DNA of 64,000 nt from Octopus vulgaris. Taxonomy: Eukaryota. Below are positions 1 through 12,159 of this stretch, piece by piece. The stretch is from positions 15,376,001 to 15,440,000 of the forward strand of contig OX597817.1 in assembly GCA_951406725.2 (NCBI GenBank), given 5' to 3'. Both the position numbers and the translations under genes were made by a program. Within the stretch, counting starts at the first letter, position 1. Each line of letters opens with the position of its first letter. The notes below the pieces were generated by a model that saw nothing but the letters and a program-made list of their open reading frames with translations, was not told where the DNA came from and did not search any database.

Positions 1-388
1 CCAGAATAAAGCAGTATGAAGTGATATTTATTGCAGCAATTCAAGACAGAATAATTTAATAAATGAATAGATATATAATAAAGCAACAATTAAGCATGGT
101 CAGCATGGTCAAGATATATTGGGTGATTTTTTTTCCCAAATTTGAAATTAGCAAAATAATCAAAGATTTAACATTTTATTCATTAAATAAATTTCAATTT
201 AAATTATATGCTTTTATAGTATGACCATGAATGAAATCACATTTAGCAATATTATAATGATGCAGGGAAAATAAGTTGCTTCAAGGACAAAATCCTGTAC
301 ATAAACAAACACAAGTAACCTAGATCTCTATATAAACAATACAAAACACTATACAAAATACTAGGGTTCAAATCTAAATTCTACTTAC

Positions 389-492
389 ATGTCTTCAGAA
401 AAAGCAACAAAAGAGCAGGTGCCAGCTTGTCTAAATAGATATGGTCACTTAAAGACCCACAAAATGCCAATTGAAGCAGAGTATCATAGATG
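389..492 (-). other. Candidate spliced exon of a minus-strand transcript
   Basis: Minus strand reads ttttacag|CATCTATG...GAAGACAT|gtaagt; unique non-repeat sequence; one frame open (IYDTLLQLAFCGSLSDHIYLDKLAPALLLLFLKT), no recognised homology. Confidence 0.3.
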
Positions 493-1022
493 CTGTAAAA
501 GCATCTACCATACTACTCTTACAAAAACAGAATGAACATTGCAGCTTATGTACTGCAGAGAAGTTGGCTATATCCTGAATCCAACCTGGACTCAAAATTT
601 GAATTAATCTTTTTTGCATGTGTTGGCCAAAGTACTACTCAATAACTTAATAATAGCCATCAAACAACACCGTCTGTCTGGCCTGGTACCTAAAACCAAC
701 TAACATTGACAACATCCAGTACCCATATATTTAGAACCCTCCATACAATGCTACTTTATTTGTTATTTGTGAGGGACTTCTATTTTACAATAATTACTAC
801 ACTAATTTATAGTCTTTTATTCTTTTACTAATTCCAGCTTAACGGCTGCGACTGTGCTGGAACAACTGCCTGTCTGTCTGCTTGCCCACCTGCCTTTCTA
901 CCTGTGACCAACCCTCACTGGTTTCCAAGCAAGGTAATATTTCCCATGAAAGGGCATCCAACCACAGAGATTCTACCTCAATATGCTCTGCCTGACCTAT
1001 GAAGGCATGAGTAGATGTTAAA

Positions 1023-1056
<34 letters not shown>

Positions 1057-1146
1057 GGATGATGATAATGATGATGAGGAGGATGATAATGATGATGATG
1101 ATATACAGAAGTAACTGCAGTAAACATTTGATATTAATATGCTTAC

Positions 1147-1310
1147 CCCCATATCTTCAGTTGGTTAGCAATAAACACTGAAGATATGAGGTTAACTCCA
1201 AAACATATGGTAGACATAAAGACATGAATATCAGATACATTTCCTGTGCACATTTCTCACTATATAATGTGGCTTGAAATTTGCCTTTGCTCAGAGGCAA
1301 TGATTGGATC
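1147..1310 (-). other. Candidate spliced exon of a minus-strand transcript
   Basis: Acceptor ctatattctcttacaataag|GATCC and donor GGG|gtaagc; all three frames hit a stop within the exon. Confidence 0.3.
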
Positions 1311-1668
1311 CTTATTGTAAGAGAATATAGGAATTTAATGTAGGACTGATAACTGAGCTCAAAATTCACTGGTAACATGTTGTGCACAACAGCATATCAT
1401 GTATGCATGTGTGTGTGTGTGTGTGTATGTGTGTGAGAGCATATAGCCTAGTGGTTAGGTTGTTGTTGTTGTTGTGTGTGTGTGTGTGTGTACGTGACCA
1501 TGTTTGTCTCCCTATCTTGACGTTGTGTGATAGTTGTAAGCTTCACCATCATACAAGCAGTGACCTTTTTTTCCAGTCTTTTGTGAAAATATGTTCAGCC
1601 ATAGGTGAGAGTTGGCAACAGGAAAAGCATCCAGTTGTAGAAAATCTGTGTCAATGAATTTCATGTGA

Positions 1669-2750
1669 CCCATGCAAGCATGGAAAAGTGATGACGATGA
1701 CAGTTATGACAATATATGTGTTTTGGCGTTAGGAAGGGCATCCAGCTGTAGAAACACTGCCAGATCAGACTGGGCCTGGCACAGCCTCTTGGCTTCCCAG
1801 ACCCCAGTTGAACCGTCCAACCCATGCAAGCATGGAAAAGTGATGACGATGACAGTTATGACAATATATGTGTTTTGGCGTTAGGAAGGGCATCCAGCTG
1901 TAGAAACACTGCCAGATCAGACTGGGCCTGGCACAGCCTCTTGGCTTCCCAGACCCCAGTTGAACCGTCCAACCCATGCAAGCATGGAAAAGTGATGACG
2001 ATGACAGTTATGACAATATATGTGTTTTGGCGTTAGGAAGGGCATCCAGCTGTAGAAACACTGCCAGATCAGACTGGGCCTGGCACAGCCTCTTGGCTTC
2101 CCAGACCCCAGTTGAACCGTCCAACCCATGCAAGCATGGAAAAGTGTGTCGATGACAGTTATGACAATATATGTGTTTTGGCGTTAGGAAGGGCATCCAG
2201 CTGTAGAAACACTGCCAGATCAGACTGGGCCTGGCACAGCCTCTTGGCTTCCCAGACCCCAGTTGAACCGTCCAACCCATGCAAGCATGGAAAAGTGATG
2301 ACGATGACAGTTATGACAATATATGTGTTTTGGCGTTAGGAAGGGCATCCAGCTGTAGAAACACTGCCAGATCAGACTGGGCCTGGCACAGCCTCTTGGC
2401 TTCCCAGACCCCAGTTGAACCGTCCAACCCATGCAAGCATGGAAAAGTGATGACGATGACAGTTATGACAATATATGTGTTTTGGCGTTAGGAAGGGCAT
2501 CCAGCTGTAGAAACACTGCCAGATCAGACTGGGCCTGGCACAGCCTCTTGGCTTCCCAGACCCCAGTTGAACCGTCCAACCCATGCAAGCATGGAAAAGT
2601 GATGACGATGACAGTTATGACAATATATGTGTTTTGGCGTTAGGAAGGGCATCCAGCTGTAGAAACACTGCCAGATCAGACTGGGCCTGGCACAGCCTCT
2701 TGGCTTCCCAGACCCCAGTTGAACCGTCCAACCCATGCTAGCATGGAAAG
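1669..2750 (+). repeat. Tandem array of about 7 x 152-bp SINE-tail-derived units
   Basis: Unit CCCATGCAAGCATGGAAAAGTGATGACG...GAACCGTCCAA repeats with period 152 (identical ORFs at 1672, 1824, 2279, 2431); one variant near 2145; array ends in the normal SINE tail plus (GAT)n. Confidence 0.95.
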
Positions 2751-2804
2751 TGGACGTTAAACGATGATGATGATGATGATGATGATATGCATATGTAAAT
2801 GTGT

Positions 2805-3219
2805 GTGTCTGTGTGTGTTTACATACTCTTTTACTCTCTTTTACTCTTTTACTTGTTTCAGTCATTTGACTGCGGCCATGCTGGGGCACCGCCTTTTAGT
2901 CGAGCAAATCGACCCCGGGACTTATTCTTTGTAAGCCCAGTACTTATTCTATCGGTCTCTTTTGCCGAACCGCTAAGTGACGGGGACGTAAACACACCAC
3001 CATATACAGACAAACACAGACACACACATATATATACATATATATACATATATACGACAGGCTTCTTTCAGTTTCCGTCTACCAAATCCACTCACAAGGC
3101 ATTGGTCGGCCCGGGGCTATAGCTGAAGACACTTGCCCAAGATGCCGCGCAGTGGGACTGAACCCGGAACCATGTGGTTGGTTAGCAAGCTACTTACCAC
3201 ACAGCCACTCCTGCGCCTA
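2805..3219 (-). mobile_element. tRNA-derived SINE, family A (internal microsatellite, (GTAAAAGA)n tail)
   Basis: Head GGCGCAGGAGTGGCTGTGTGG...GGTTCAGTCCC (A/B boxes); more than 10 copies in the window. Confidence 0.9.
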
Positions 3220-3488
3220 TGTGTAAAAGTAGAAAAAAACCACGTAATAAAACAGCAGCACATTAGTATACTTTGACCAGTAAGTTTTTGTTTTCATTCT
3301 CAAAATTGATATTGTGTAGAAAAGCAGAGTATTTGAAAAAGAATCAGTTCAATTTTATTCAAAGAGCTTCATCAACAATGCAAATATCTAGAAGACTATA
3401 TTGATCTTTTCAATAGACACAAACAACAGGTAGAGAGCAGAGGAGCAATAAAATTACAAGAAATTCACGCTGTTTTCTACAGGTAATG

Positions 3489-3938
3489 ATAATCTTTCCT
3501 AACTCTAGGCACAAGGCCCGACAATTTTGGGGAGGAGGCCAGTCGATTAGATCGATCCAGTTTGCAACTGGTGCTTGATTTACTGACCCCAAAAGGATGA
3601 AAAGCAAAGTTGACGTCTGCGGAATTTGAACTCAGAATATAAAGACAGACGAAATACTGCTAAGCATTCCACCTGGCATGCTAATGTTTCTGCCAGCTCA
3701 CCGCCTTGAAGACAATATTAATATTCTTTTCTACTCAAGGCACAAAGCACAAAATTTTGGGGAAGGGCGCCAGTCAATTACATTGACCCTAGTATGCAAC
3801 TGGTACTTAATTTATTGACCTTGAAAGGATGAAAGGCAAAGTCAACCTCAGCAGAATTTGAACTCAGAATGTAAAGACAGATGAAATACTGCTAAGCGTT
3901 TCGCCCGGTGTGCTAACGTTTCTGCCAGCTTGTTGCCT
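3489..3938 (-). mobile_element. Two stacked SINE family B copies (tRNA-like head, Meta-domain-like core)
   Basis: Reverse complement of GGCGGTGAGCTGGCAGAA...GAGTTCAAATTCC...GCCTTTCATCCTTT...AAGTACCAG occurs twice. Confidence 0.85.
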
Positions 3939-3999
3939 TTCACAGGCAGTGATAATGTGAATGAAATATAACGGTTTCATCAATGAACCAAAACCATAC

Positions 4000-4070
4000 C
4001 TCTTGGTTGATATTCCACTTGATTACGGAATGATATATTTGAAGCATCACATAAAATATTGCTATTAGCC
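4000..4070 (-). other. Candidate 71-nt exon
   Basis: Long pyrimidine tract ttcattttctcttttgtctttcattctgag| (atypical GAG acceptor) and donor GAG|gtatgg. Confidence 0.25.
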
Positions 4071-4170
4071 CTCAGAATGAAAGACAAAAGAGAAAATGAA
4101 CATTTTATAAAGAAATACTTAAATGTAAATGTAGTAAGAAAGTATTTGCATTCTTGGTAATTCTATGTAT

Positions 4171-4401
4171 CCCCTTTCACCATTTCGTTTCCAACCCGGC
4201 TGAAACCGGCTGTGGCTCTGTAGTACAAATGTCTTGTTTTCATGAGTTTTGAATTAAAATCTTCCATCAAACCTTAGTCACAATTTATGTTTCTAACACT
4301 AGCTTAATGATAACTAAGTTATTTTACTAAATTCTTTGTTATGTTTAAAATTAATTGAACGAAACACAGAATATCTCAAAATAAATACGGTAATGAAAGG
4401 G
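4171..4401. mobile_element. TTAA-type (piggyBac-like) MITE, degraded left end
   Basis: CCCTTTCA... and ...TGAAAGGG followed by TTAA. Confidence 0.55.
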
Positions 4402-5380
4402 TTAATTGTTAAATTATAATTTTGTTAATGAAATGAATGATGTAAGATATAGTTTTAGTCCTTATAATCTGTAGGAAATTAAACGAAAAATATTTTTATA
4501 CAATAAATAATTTTTTGAAAAGATTTCATTTCACAATTTTTCGATGAATTTTGAGCAAATAGTCAGGATCACATAAAAATGGAAGCCATTTGGTTAATAG
4601 GTAAAACCTTCATCAACCAACTCAACACAATCACAGACTAACAGCTGTACTCTTTCTTTCCTCTATTAATTCTATCACTATTTTATTAGTATCTGCTTCA
4701 CTTCACTCATGCTCACCCCAAACACCCATCTTTCTTCTTGTTACTATCCCTACAATGTGACTTCACCCTCAATCCCACTGTGAAAACAACTCCTTTTTCC
4801 TCAAATCCGCAGTTCTCTAGAATTCCTTTCTAGCCTTTATGTTCTCAGAAGACATTGATCTACAGATTATTCTCATCATTACGGGGGAGGCATGCAAAGC
4901 ACATTGGTACAGTTCCTCATCCTCAGAATAATTTTTCACAATTCACAAAAGACAAAAATATGCTAAATTATTTCATGCTTTGACATCGCAATCAATCAAT
5001 CTTAATAATCATCTGGAATATAAGCCATAATTCTCAGCTGTCTAAAATATATTATTGCTGTTGTTATTTTATTGCCAACATGATCATTATATTAATGATG
5101 GTAATGATAATGATATTGATGATGATGTCAATAGGGGCAAAGATAACAGTGGAAATAGTTGTATCAGTAATAGTGATGATGATGGATGATAACTTAAAAG
5201 TATTGCCTTTTTTGTGCCTAGTTGAGCAGAAGTTGGTAATAAATTATAGCAAATTTCTTGAAAAAAAAATGCTAAAAAACTAAGGATTTTAGTTTCTTCA
5301 CAATCTGCACCTGATAGTAGATGAAGTTTTTGCTGCTAGGGACAAAAGATGTCAAGAAGATTATCTCTCTCTCTCTTTCT

Positions 5381-5415
<35 letters not shown>

Positions 5416-6043
5416 CAACATTTACAATACATAGTCAAATACAGTGACAAATATAGTCAGAGGCACTCTGGACCTGTCAGATGGAAACAGGCAAATATTA
5501 AACTCAGATAAAAGAAGGATAAGAATAAGCATGGAAGAGTCTGTACTAGATCCTGTGGCATATATGTTGGAAGAATGTAGAGAGTGATACAACACTTTTT
5601 GTTATAAGCATTTATTTCTATAAAATTTGTCAAATTCAAAATAGTTCTTCTGATTTTTCTCAATTTTATACACAACAACCATATGAAATATTTATAAAAA
5701 TTGATAAAATTTCTAAAAATTACAAGGATGGTGATGATGACAGAAACAAAAAAACGAAGTACCGAACTGGATATTTTCCAATATATACATTTCAGCCTGG
5801 TAGATTAGGAAATCAAATTTAGCTGAGATCATCTTTGCTTTCCATTCTCCTTTAGTCACTAGTGCAAGTACCAGCAAAATACTGTAATCAATTCAATTAA
5901 ATATAGCCTACCACTACAAGAATTTGTCTTGAACTTCACAGAACAACAGGTATAAGAACTGTTTCAAGTTTTGGCACAAGACCATCAATTCTAGGGTAGG
6001 GGTTAGTTGATTACATTCTTGATATATATTTGATAAATATCAA

Positions 6044-6080
<37 letters not shown>

Positions 6081-6361
6081 GGGGGGGGGTTTAAAACAAA
6101 CTTTTTTTTTCTAATTTATTTATTAGACATTCACTAGTACAACACCAAAAAAAACCCCCCAAATATATGGCACACTAGGTGAACTTCCAACCTGTTGTCT
6201 CTTGAGGTCTCTGGGTGAGACTTGGAGCCAACTTGTACAGACATAAAGCAAAAGTCAAACATAGAATAATAATAATAATAATAATAATAATTATGGAGAT
6301 GTACTTGCATAGCAAGTGACCTGATCTGAGATTGTGTGCTGGAACGAAAACAATTGCAGCA

Positions 6362-6615
6362 TGGAAGGTGTTTATAAGCCATTTAAGAAACACACAAAAG
6401 CTGTTAGATTCACTTCAACATTTAAATTTTATTTGCCAAAATACTTTTGTCGCGACCTGTTCACTGACAAAATTCCTTGCTGCAGCATGGAATTTTGTCA
6501 ATGAACATGTTGCAGTCTCAAAGCGCCGAAAATATTTTGGCAAATTAAATTTAAATGTTGAAGTGAATCTAATGGGTTTTTGTGTGTTTCTTAAATGGCT
6601 TATAAACACCTTCCA
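6362..6615. mobile_element. 254-bp fold-back, Penelope-like terminal repeat with hammerhead-like motif (copy 1)
   Basis: TGGAAGGTGTTTATAAGCCATTTAAGAAACACACAAAA... pairs with ...TTTTGTGTGTTTCTTAAATGGCTTATAAACACCTTCCA; near-palindromic centre TTCCTTGCTGCAGCATGGAA. Confidence 0.75.
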
Positions 6616-6848
6616 CAATAATAATAATGATAATCCTTTCCACTAAAGGTACAAGGCCTGAAATTTTGGGGGAGGAGACTAGTCGATTTCATCGACTCCA
6701 ATGTTTCATTGGTACTTAATTTATTGACCCCGAAAGGATGAAAGGCAAAGTTGACTTTGGTGGAATTTGAACTCAAAACATAGTGGCAGACAAAAATACT
6801 GCTAAGCATTTCACCCAACATGCTAATGATTCTACCAGCTCACCGCCT

Positions 6849-6893
<45 letters not shown>

Positions 6894-7185
6894 GGGGGGG
6901 TTTAAAACAAACTTTTTTTTTTTCTAATTTATTTATTAGACATTCACTAGTACAACACCAAAAAAACCCCCAAATATATGGCACACTAGGCACAACAACA
7001 ACGTGAACTTCCAACCTGTTGTCTCTTGAGGTCTCTGGGTGAGACTTGGAGCCAACTTGTACAGACATAAAGCAAAAGTCAAACATAGAATAATAATAAT
7101 AATAATAATAATAATTATGGAGATGTACTTGCATAGCAAGTGACCTGATCTGAGATTGTGTGCTGGAACGAAAACAATTGCAGCA

Positions 7186-7438
7186 TGGAAGGTGTTTATA
7201 AGCCATTTAAGAAACACACAAAAGCCGTTAGATTCACTTCAACATTTAAATTTTATTTGCCAAAATACTTTTGTCGCGACCTGTTCACTGACAAAATTCC
7301 TTGCTGCAGCATGGAATTTTGTCAATGAACATGTTGCAGTCTCAAAGCGCCAAAAATATTTTGGCAAATTAAATTTAAATGTTGAAGTGAATCTAACAGT
7401 TTTTGTGTGTTTCTTAAATGGCTTATAAACACCTTCCA
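7186..7438. mobile_element. Fold-back element copy 2
   Basis: Same inverted repeat within the second duplication unit. Confidence 0.75.
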
Positions 7439-7695
7439 CAATAATAATAATGATAATCCTTTCCACTAAAGGTACAAGGCCTGAAATTTTGGGGGAGGAG
7501 ACTAGTCGATTTCATCGACTCCAATGTTTCATTGGTACTTAATTTATTGACCCCGAAAGGATGAAAGGCAAAGTTGACCTTGGTGGAATTTGAACTCAAA
7601 ACATAGTGGCAGACAAAAATACTGCTAAGCATTTCACCCAACATGCTAATGATTCTACCAGCTCACCGCCTTTAATAATAATAATAATAATAATA

Positions 7696-8249
7696 GCCCT
7701 GATGCAGTACCAGGCAGTGGCTCTCATGGTTTCTGATCTTAACTGATTGGAAGTGTCATCATGTACATTGTTTTGTCTTGGTATAAAAGATGGGCTACAG
7801 CAAATATTCTGCTCAATACCACAGATTTGCTTGTCAGTTGTTTGACCTTAACCAGTTGAGCATGTCCCTTGGTGGCTGACGATATGTGCATCTCTGATCA
7901 CGAGCAGAAGTAGTGGGGGAGCATCATAGCCATGTGTTGAGAGGGATTCTTTGGGGTTTGAATAATTCACCTTTGAAAACATGGGTGGTTCGTTCAACAT
8001 CCTTAAACAACCCTTATTCAGGGACCTTTTGAGCAGGATGGGCTACTCGACCAGAAGAAAATTCTAACTGGGCCCCACCTGCAAGGTCATGTGCTGTTTA
8101 TCTTGATATGAGATCACTATGTCGCGCACATATGGTAGTGATGCATGTGCCTGGTGTACCCTTATCAGACGGGTAGTCATGATGGGAATACTGGGCTTCG
8201 TATATTTTACCCCAGTGTCACTTTGATGGCATGCACTGCTCTCTCACTC
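7696..8249 (+). mobile_element. About 555-bp non-autonomous element embedded in (TAA)n
   Basis: Second collinear copy at 46564-47115; both start GCCCTGATGCAGTACCAG and end CTCTC(T)CA(C/T)TC(AAT)n. Confidence 0.8.
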
Positions 8250-8280
8250 AATAATAATAATAATAATAATAATAAATAAT

Positions 8281-9532
8281 AATCCTTTCTATTATAGGCA
8301 CAAAGCCTGACATTTAGGAGGAGAAGGCTAGTTGATTATATCAATCCTAGCACACAAATGGTACTTATTTCAGCAATCCTGAAAAGCAAAGCTGACATCA
8401 GTAGGATTTGAACTCAGAATATGAAGTCTGATGTTAATAATTCAGCCAGAACACTGCCTTAACAACAGCTATAATAATCCTTCCTACTATAGGCACAAGG
8501 CCTGAAATTTTGGGGGAGGGAGCTAGTTGATTATATTGACCCCAGTACATGAATGGTACTTGTTTCATCGACTCTCAAGAGGATGAGAGATAAAGTTGAC
8601 CATAGCAGAATTTGAACTCAGAATGTAAGGATGGCTGAAATGCTGGTAAATATTTTGTCTGGCATGCTAACAATTCTGCCAGCTCACCACCTTAAGAACA
8701 ACAGGTTTCAAATTTTGGCACAATGCCATTCAATTGTGAGGAGAGGTTAAGTCAGTGACATTGACCCCAGGCCTCAACTGGTACTTGCTTTATTTACTTC
8801 AAAAAGATGAAAGGCAAAGTCAATCTCAGTGGAATTTGAACTCAGAACTTACAGCTAGACAAAATGCTGGCATGTTAACAATTCTGGCAGCTCGCCACCT
8901 TAAGAAAAACAGCTATAATAATCCTTTCTACTATAGGCACAAGGTCTGAAATTTTGGACTACTCTGCTCTCTTTTACTTGTTTCAGTCATTTGACTGCGG
9001 CCATGCTGGAGCACCGCCTTTTTTAATCGAGCAACTCGACCCCGGGACTTATTCTTTTGTAAGCCCAGTACTTATTCTATCGGTCTCTTTTGCCGAACGG
9101 CTAAGTGACGGGGACGTAAACACACCAGCATCGGTTGTCAAGCAATGCTAGGGGGACAAACACAGACACACAAACACACACATATATAAATATACATATA
9201 TACGACAGGCTTCTTTCAGTTTCCGTCCACCAAATCCACTCACAAGGCATTGGTCGGCCCGGGGCTATAGCAGAAGACACTTGCCCAAGATGCCACGCAG
9301 TGGGACTGAACCTGGAACCATGTGGTTGGTTAGCAAGCTACTTACCACACAGCCACTCCTGCGCCTATATAACATCGATCCCAATGCTTCACTGGTACTT
9401 AATTTATTGACTCCGAAAGGACGAAAAGCAAAGTCAACCTCAGAGGAATTTGAACTCAGAATTTACAGAAGGATGAAATGCCGTTCAGCATTTTGCATGG
9501 CATGCTAACTATTCCGCCAGCTCACTACCTTA
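8281..9532 (-). mobile_element. Nest of SINE B copies with a SINE A (8966-9368) inserted
   Basis: Repeated GAATTTGAACTCAGAA B-box complement; complete family A copy interrupts the last B copy. Confidence 0.85.
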
Positions 9533-9678
9533 AGAAAAAAAGCAATGATAATGAAAAAATAACAAATAAAGTAAACTGCCAGAAGCAAATGGCTTAGGAT
9601 TCCAAAGAAACAGTTTTTTTTTTCTCAGAAGAAAATTAAAAATTTAGTTGTGAAAATGCAGAAACGTAACAAATTTAC

Positions 9679-9797
9679 CTTAGATTAAGCTGACAAAGAT
9701 TCACTGTTGTAAGATGGGATAACATTTCTTCAAGGTGAATGAACAGAATATGTGACACTCCATGATGCTGTCTTTCTGGATAAGTGGTCAACAATAA
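9679..9797 (-). other. Candidate 119-nt exon
   Basis: Strong acceptor ctcttttatccctag| and donor AAG|gtaaat; one frame open (LLLTTYPERQHHGVSHILFIHLEEMLSHLTTVNLCQLNL), no recognised homology. Confidence 0.5.
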
Positions 9798-10292
9798 CTA
9801 GGGATAAAAGAGACCAGGCCAATATTAATGTTATATTTTTAACAATTAGCGTATGAAGTTTTCGAAACATTGTAAGTTAAATACAACATAACAGAAAATG
9901 TTTTTAAAAATTAGTTTTGATATAAAAAAATTAAAAGTAATATAAATGGCGGTGCCCCAGCATGGCCACAGCTCGTGAGATGAAACTAGATAAAATAAAA
10001 ATAAAAAATAAAATAAATAAAAAAACAAAATCAAGACAAGCTCCATGGTGTAGTATGGATTTTTGGCTGCCTGCTTCTTTAAATGCAACATACCTTTGCT
10101 TGCAGCAAACACTTGCATATGAACTGGTCACCCTGTATGGTCTGCATGCCTTACACCCACTTCACCCTGTGCTACATCTTGGACATGTCAAACACCTTGT
10201 TTCAACTGTCCTTTGGTTCTGTACTCAAAATCTATTAAAGTACGCTACCATTCAAACTCTCGAAGAATAAATAAGTAAATGCCAGTAATTGT

Positions 10293-10680
10293 CAGGCATA
10301 GCTGTGTGGTACAAAGTTCATTCCTCAACCACATGGTTCCAGGATCATTCCCACCATGAAGCACCTTGGGCAAGTGTCTTTTACTAAAGCCTTGGGCTGA
10401 CCAAAACCTTGTGAATGGATTTGGTAGACAGAAATTGAAAGAAGCCTGTTGTATATGTGTGTGTGTGTCCGTGTCCGTGTCCACCACTCCACCTTGACAG
10501 CAAGTGCCGGTGTCTTTACACCCACATAACTTAGTAGTTTGGCACAAAAGATGATAGTATAAGTACCAGGCTTTAAAAAATAGTCCTGGGGTCAATTCAT
10601 TCAACTAAAAATTCTTTAAGGTGGTGCCCCAGCAAGGCCATGGTCTAATGACTGAAACAAGTAAAAGATAAAAGATAAAA
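10293..10680 (+). mobile_element. SINE family A, diverged subfamily
   Basis: GCTGTGTGG...CCTTGGGCAAGTGTCTT...GGTGCCCCAGCA...GTAAAAGA tail. Confidence 0.8.
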
Positions 10681-11262
10681 TGCTGAGGATCGTTGAATCA
10701 GCTTAATTTCTGCCCAACAAGAATTGCCATTTTATGTAGACCCCCCCTCCAAAAAAAACCCCCCAAAGGAAAATGAAAAAAATTCTTTTTTGTAAGAGTG
10801 GCTCTGAAAGCATATAAAACTAAATAATAGCATGTAAATATTTAGTTGAAAAGCCCTTTTGTACAGAAGAAGTTGAAGGCAGCCCAGGGGACAATATTAT
10901 TAAAGTAAGTCAACAAACCATTGAAAAAACCTTATCAAAACACCTGCACCATGTTTCCAAAAAACAGAAGGTCAAGTTTCAGAAAAAAGCTGTTTTAAAT
11001 AATAACTTCCTCACATTTTCAAATACGTCCAAAATAGTTTATAGTCTTCTACTTGGTTGTTCTTTACTAATATATTTAAAGTGAAAAAAAAAAAAATGAT
11101 TATATGTATGAAAAAAAAATATATAATATATAATAATTTAAGCAAATCAAATGAGAAACTGCATCAAAACTGTCACATTAGAAACTTTATTAAAAGCAGA
11201 AACAAAAATTGTTATAATATGGAAAGAAAGAAATTAAAAAAAAAAAAAAAAAAAAATACAGT

Positions 11263-11424
11263 ATAGGAGTGGCTGTGTGGTAAGTAGCTTGCTAACCAAC
11301 CACATGGTTCTGGGTTCAGTCCCACTGCGTGGCATCTTGGGCAAGTGTCTTCTACTATAGCCCCGGGCCGACCAATGCCTTGTGAGTGGATTTGGTAGAC
11401 GGAAACTGAAAGAAGCCTGTCGTA

Positions 11425-11470
<46 letters not shown>

Positions 11471-11691
11471 CGTGCGTGTGTGTTTGTGTGTCTATGTTTG
11501 TCCCCCTAGCATTGCTTGACAACCGATGCTGGTGTGTTTATGTCCCCGTCACTTAGCGGTTCGGCAAAAGAGACCGATAGAATAAGTACTGGGCTTACAA
11601 TGAATAAGTCCCGGGGTCGAGTTGCTCGATTAAAGGTGGTGCTCCAGCATGGCCGCAGTCAAATGACTGAAACAAGTAAAAGAGTAAAAGA
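11263..11691 (+). mobile_element. SINE family A
   Basis: Full head, internal (TA)n and tail; CpGs retained (young copy). Confidence 0.9.
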
Positions 11692-12159
11692 GGGAGATAT
11701 AATCTTTTCTACAAAAGGCACAACGCCTGAAATTTTGGGGGTACTTATTTTATTGACCCCGAAAGGATGAAAGGCTAAATCGACCTCGGAGGTATTTTGA
11801 GCTCAGAACATAAAGATTACAATATATATAATGGTTATATGGTTAAGAAGTTTGCTTTGCAACCACTTGGTTTCAAGTTCAATTTCAGGTTAACCTTGTA
11901 GCTGTGCATGTGTGTGCTTTGTTTATAATAGCAACTGGTATTGTTGTTTATATTGTGCGTGTTTAGATTGTGGTAAGATAATGGTTCAGCAGAAAACTGA
12001 GATCAATAAGTTAAGTATCAGACAGGAATAAAAACTAGAATTGATATAAATGACTAAAATCACTGAAGGTGGTACCCCAAAATGACTGAAGTTCAATGAT
12101 TGAAAGTAGCAAAATGTTAAAGAATATAAGTTAAAAAAGAAATTTTTAAAACCCACAGA

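Larger units (their letters stand above)
6048..7675 (+). repeat. Tandem duplication, two units of about 823 bp
   Basis: (AAT)n, G-run, LINE-like 3' tail, fold-back element and SINE B are repeated at offset 823-824 with few differences. Confidence 0.95.

Noticed and set aside
1669-2750. CRISPR-like array or repeated 70-aa genes
   Set aside because: Units are identical with no unique spacers, no cas genes, eukaryotic context, SINE-derived
4845-4880. C/D box snoRNA on the minus strand (ATGATGA...CTGA)
   Set aside because: Only about 35 nt between boxes and no terminal stem
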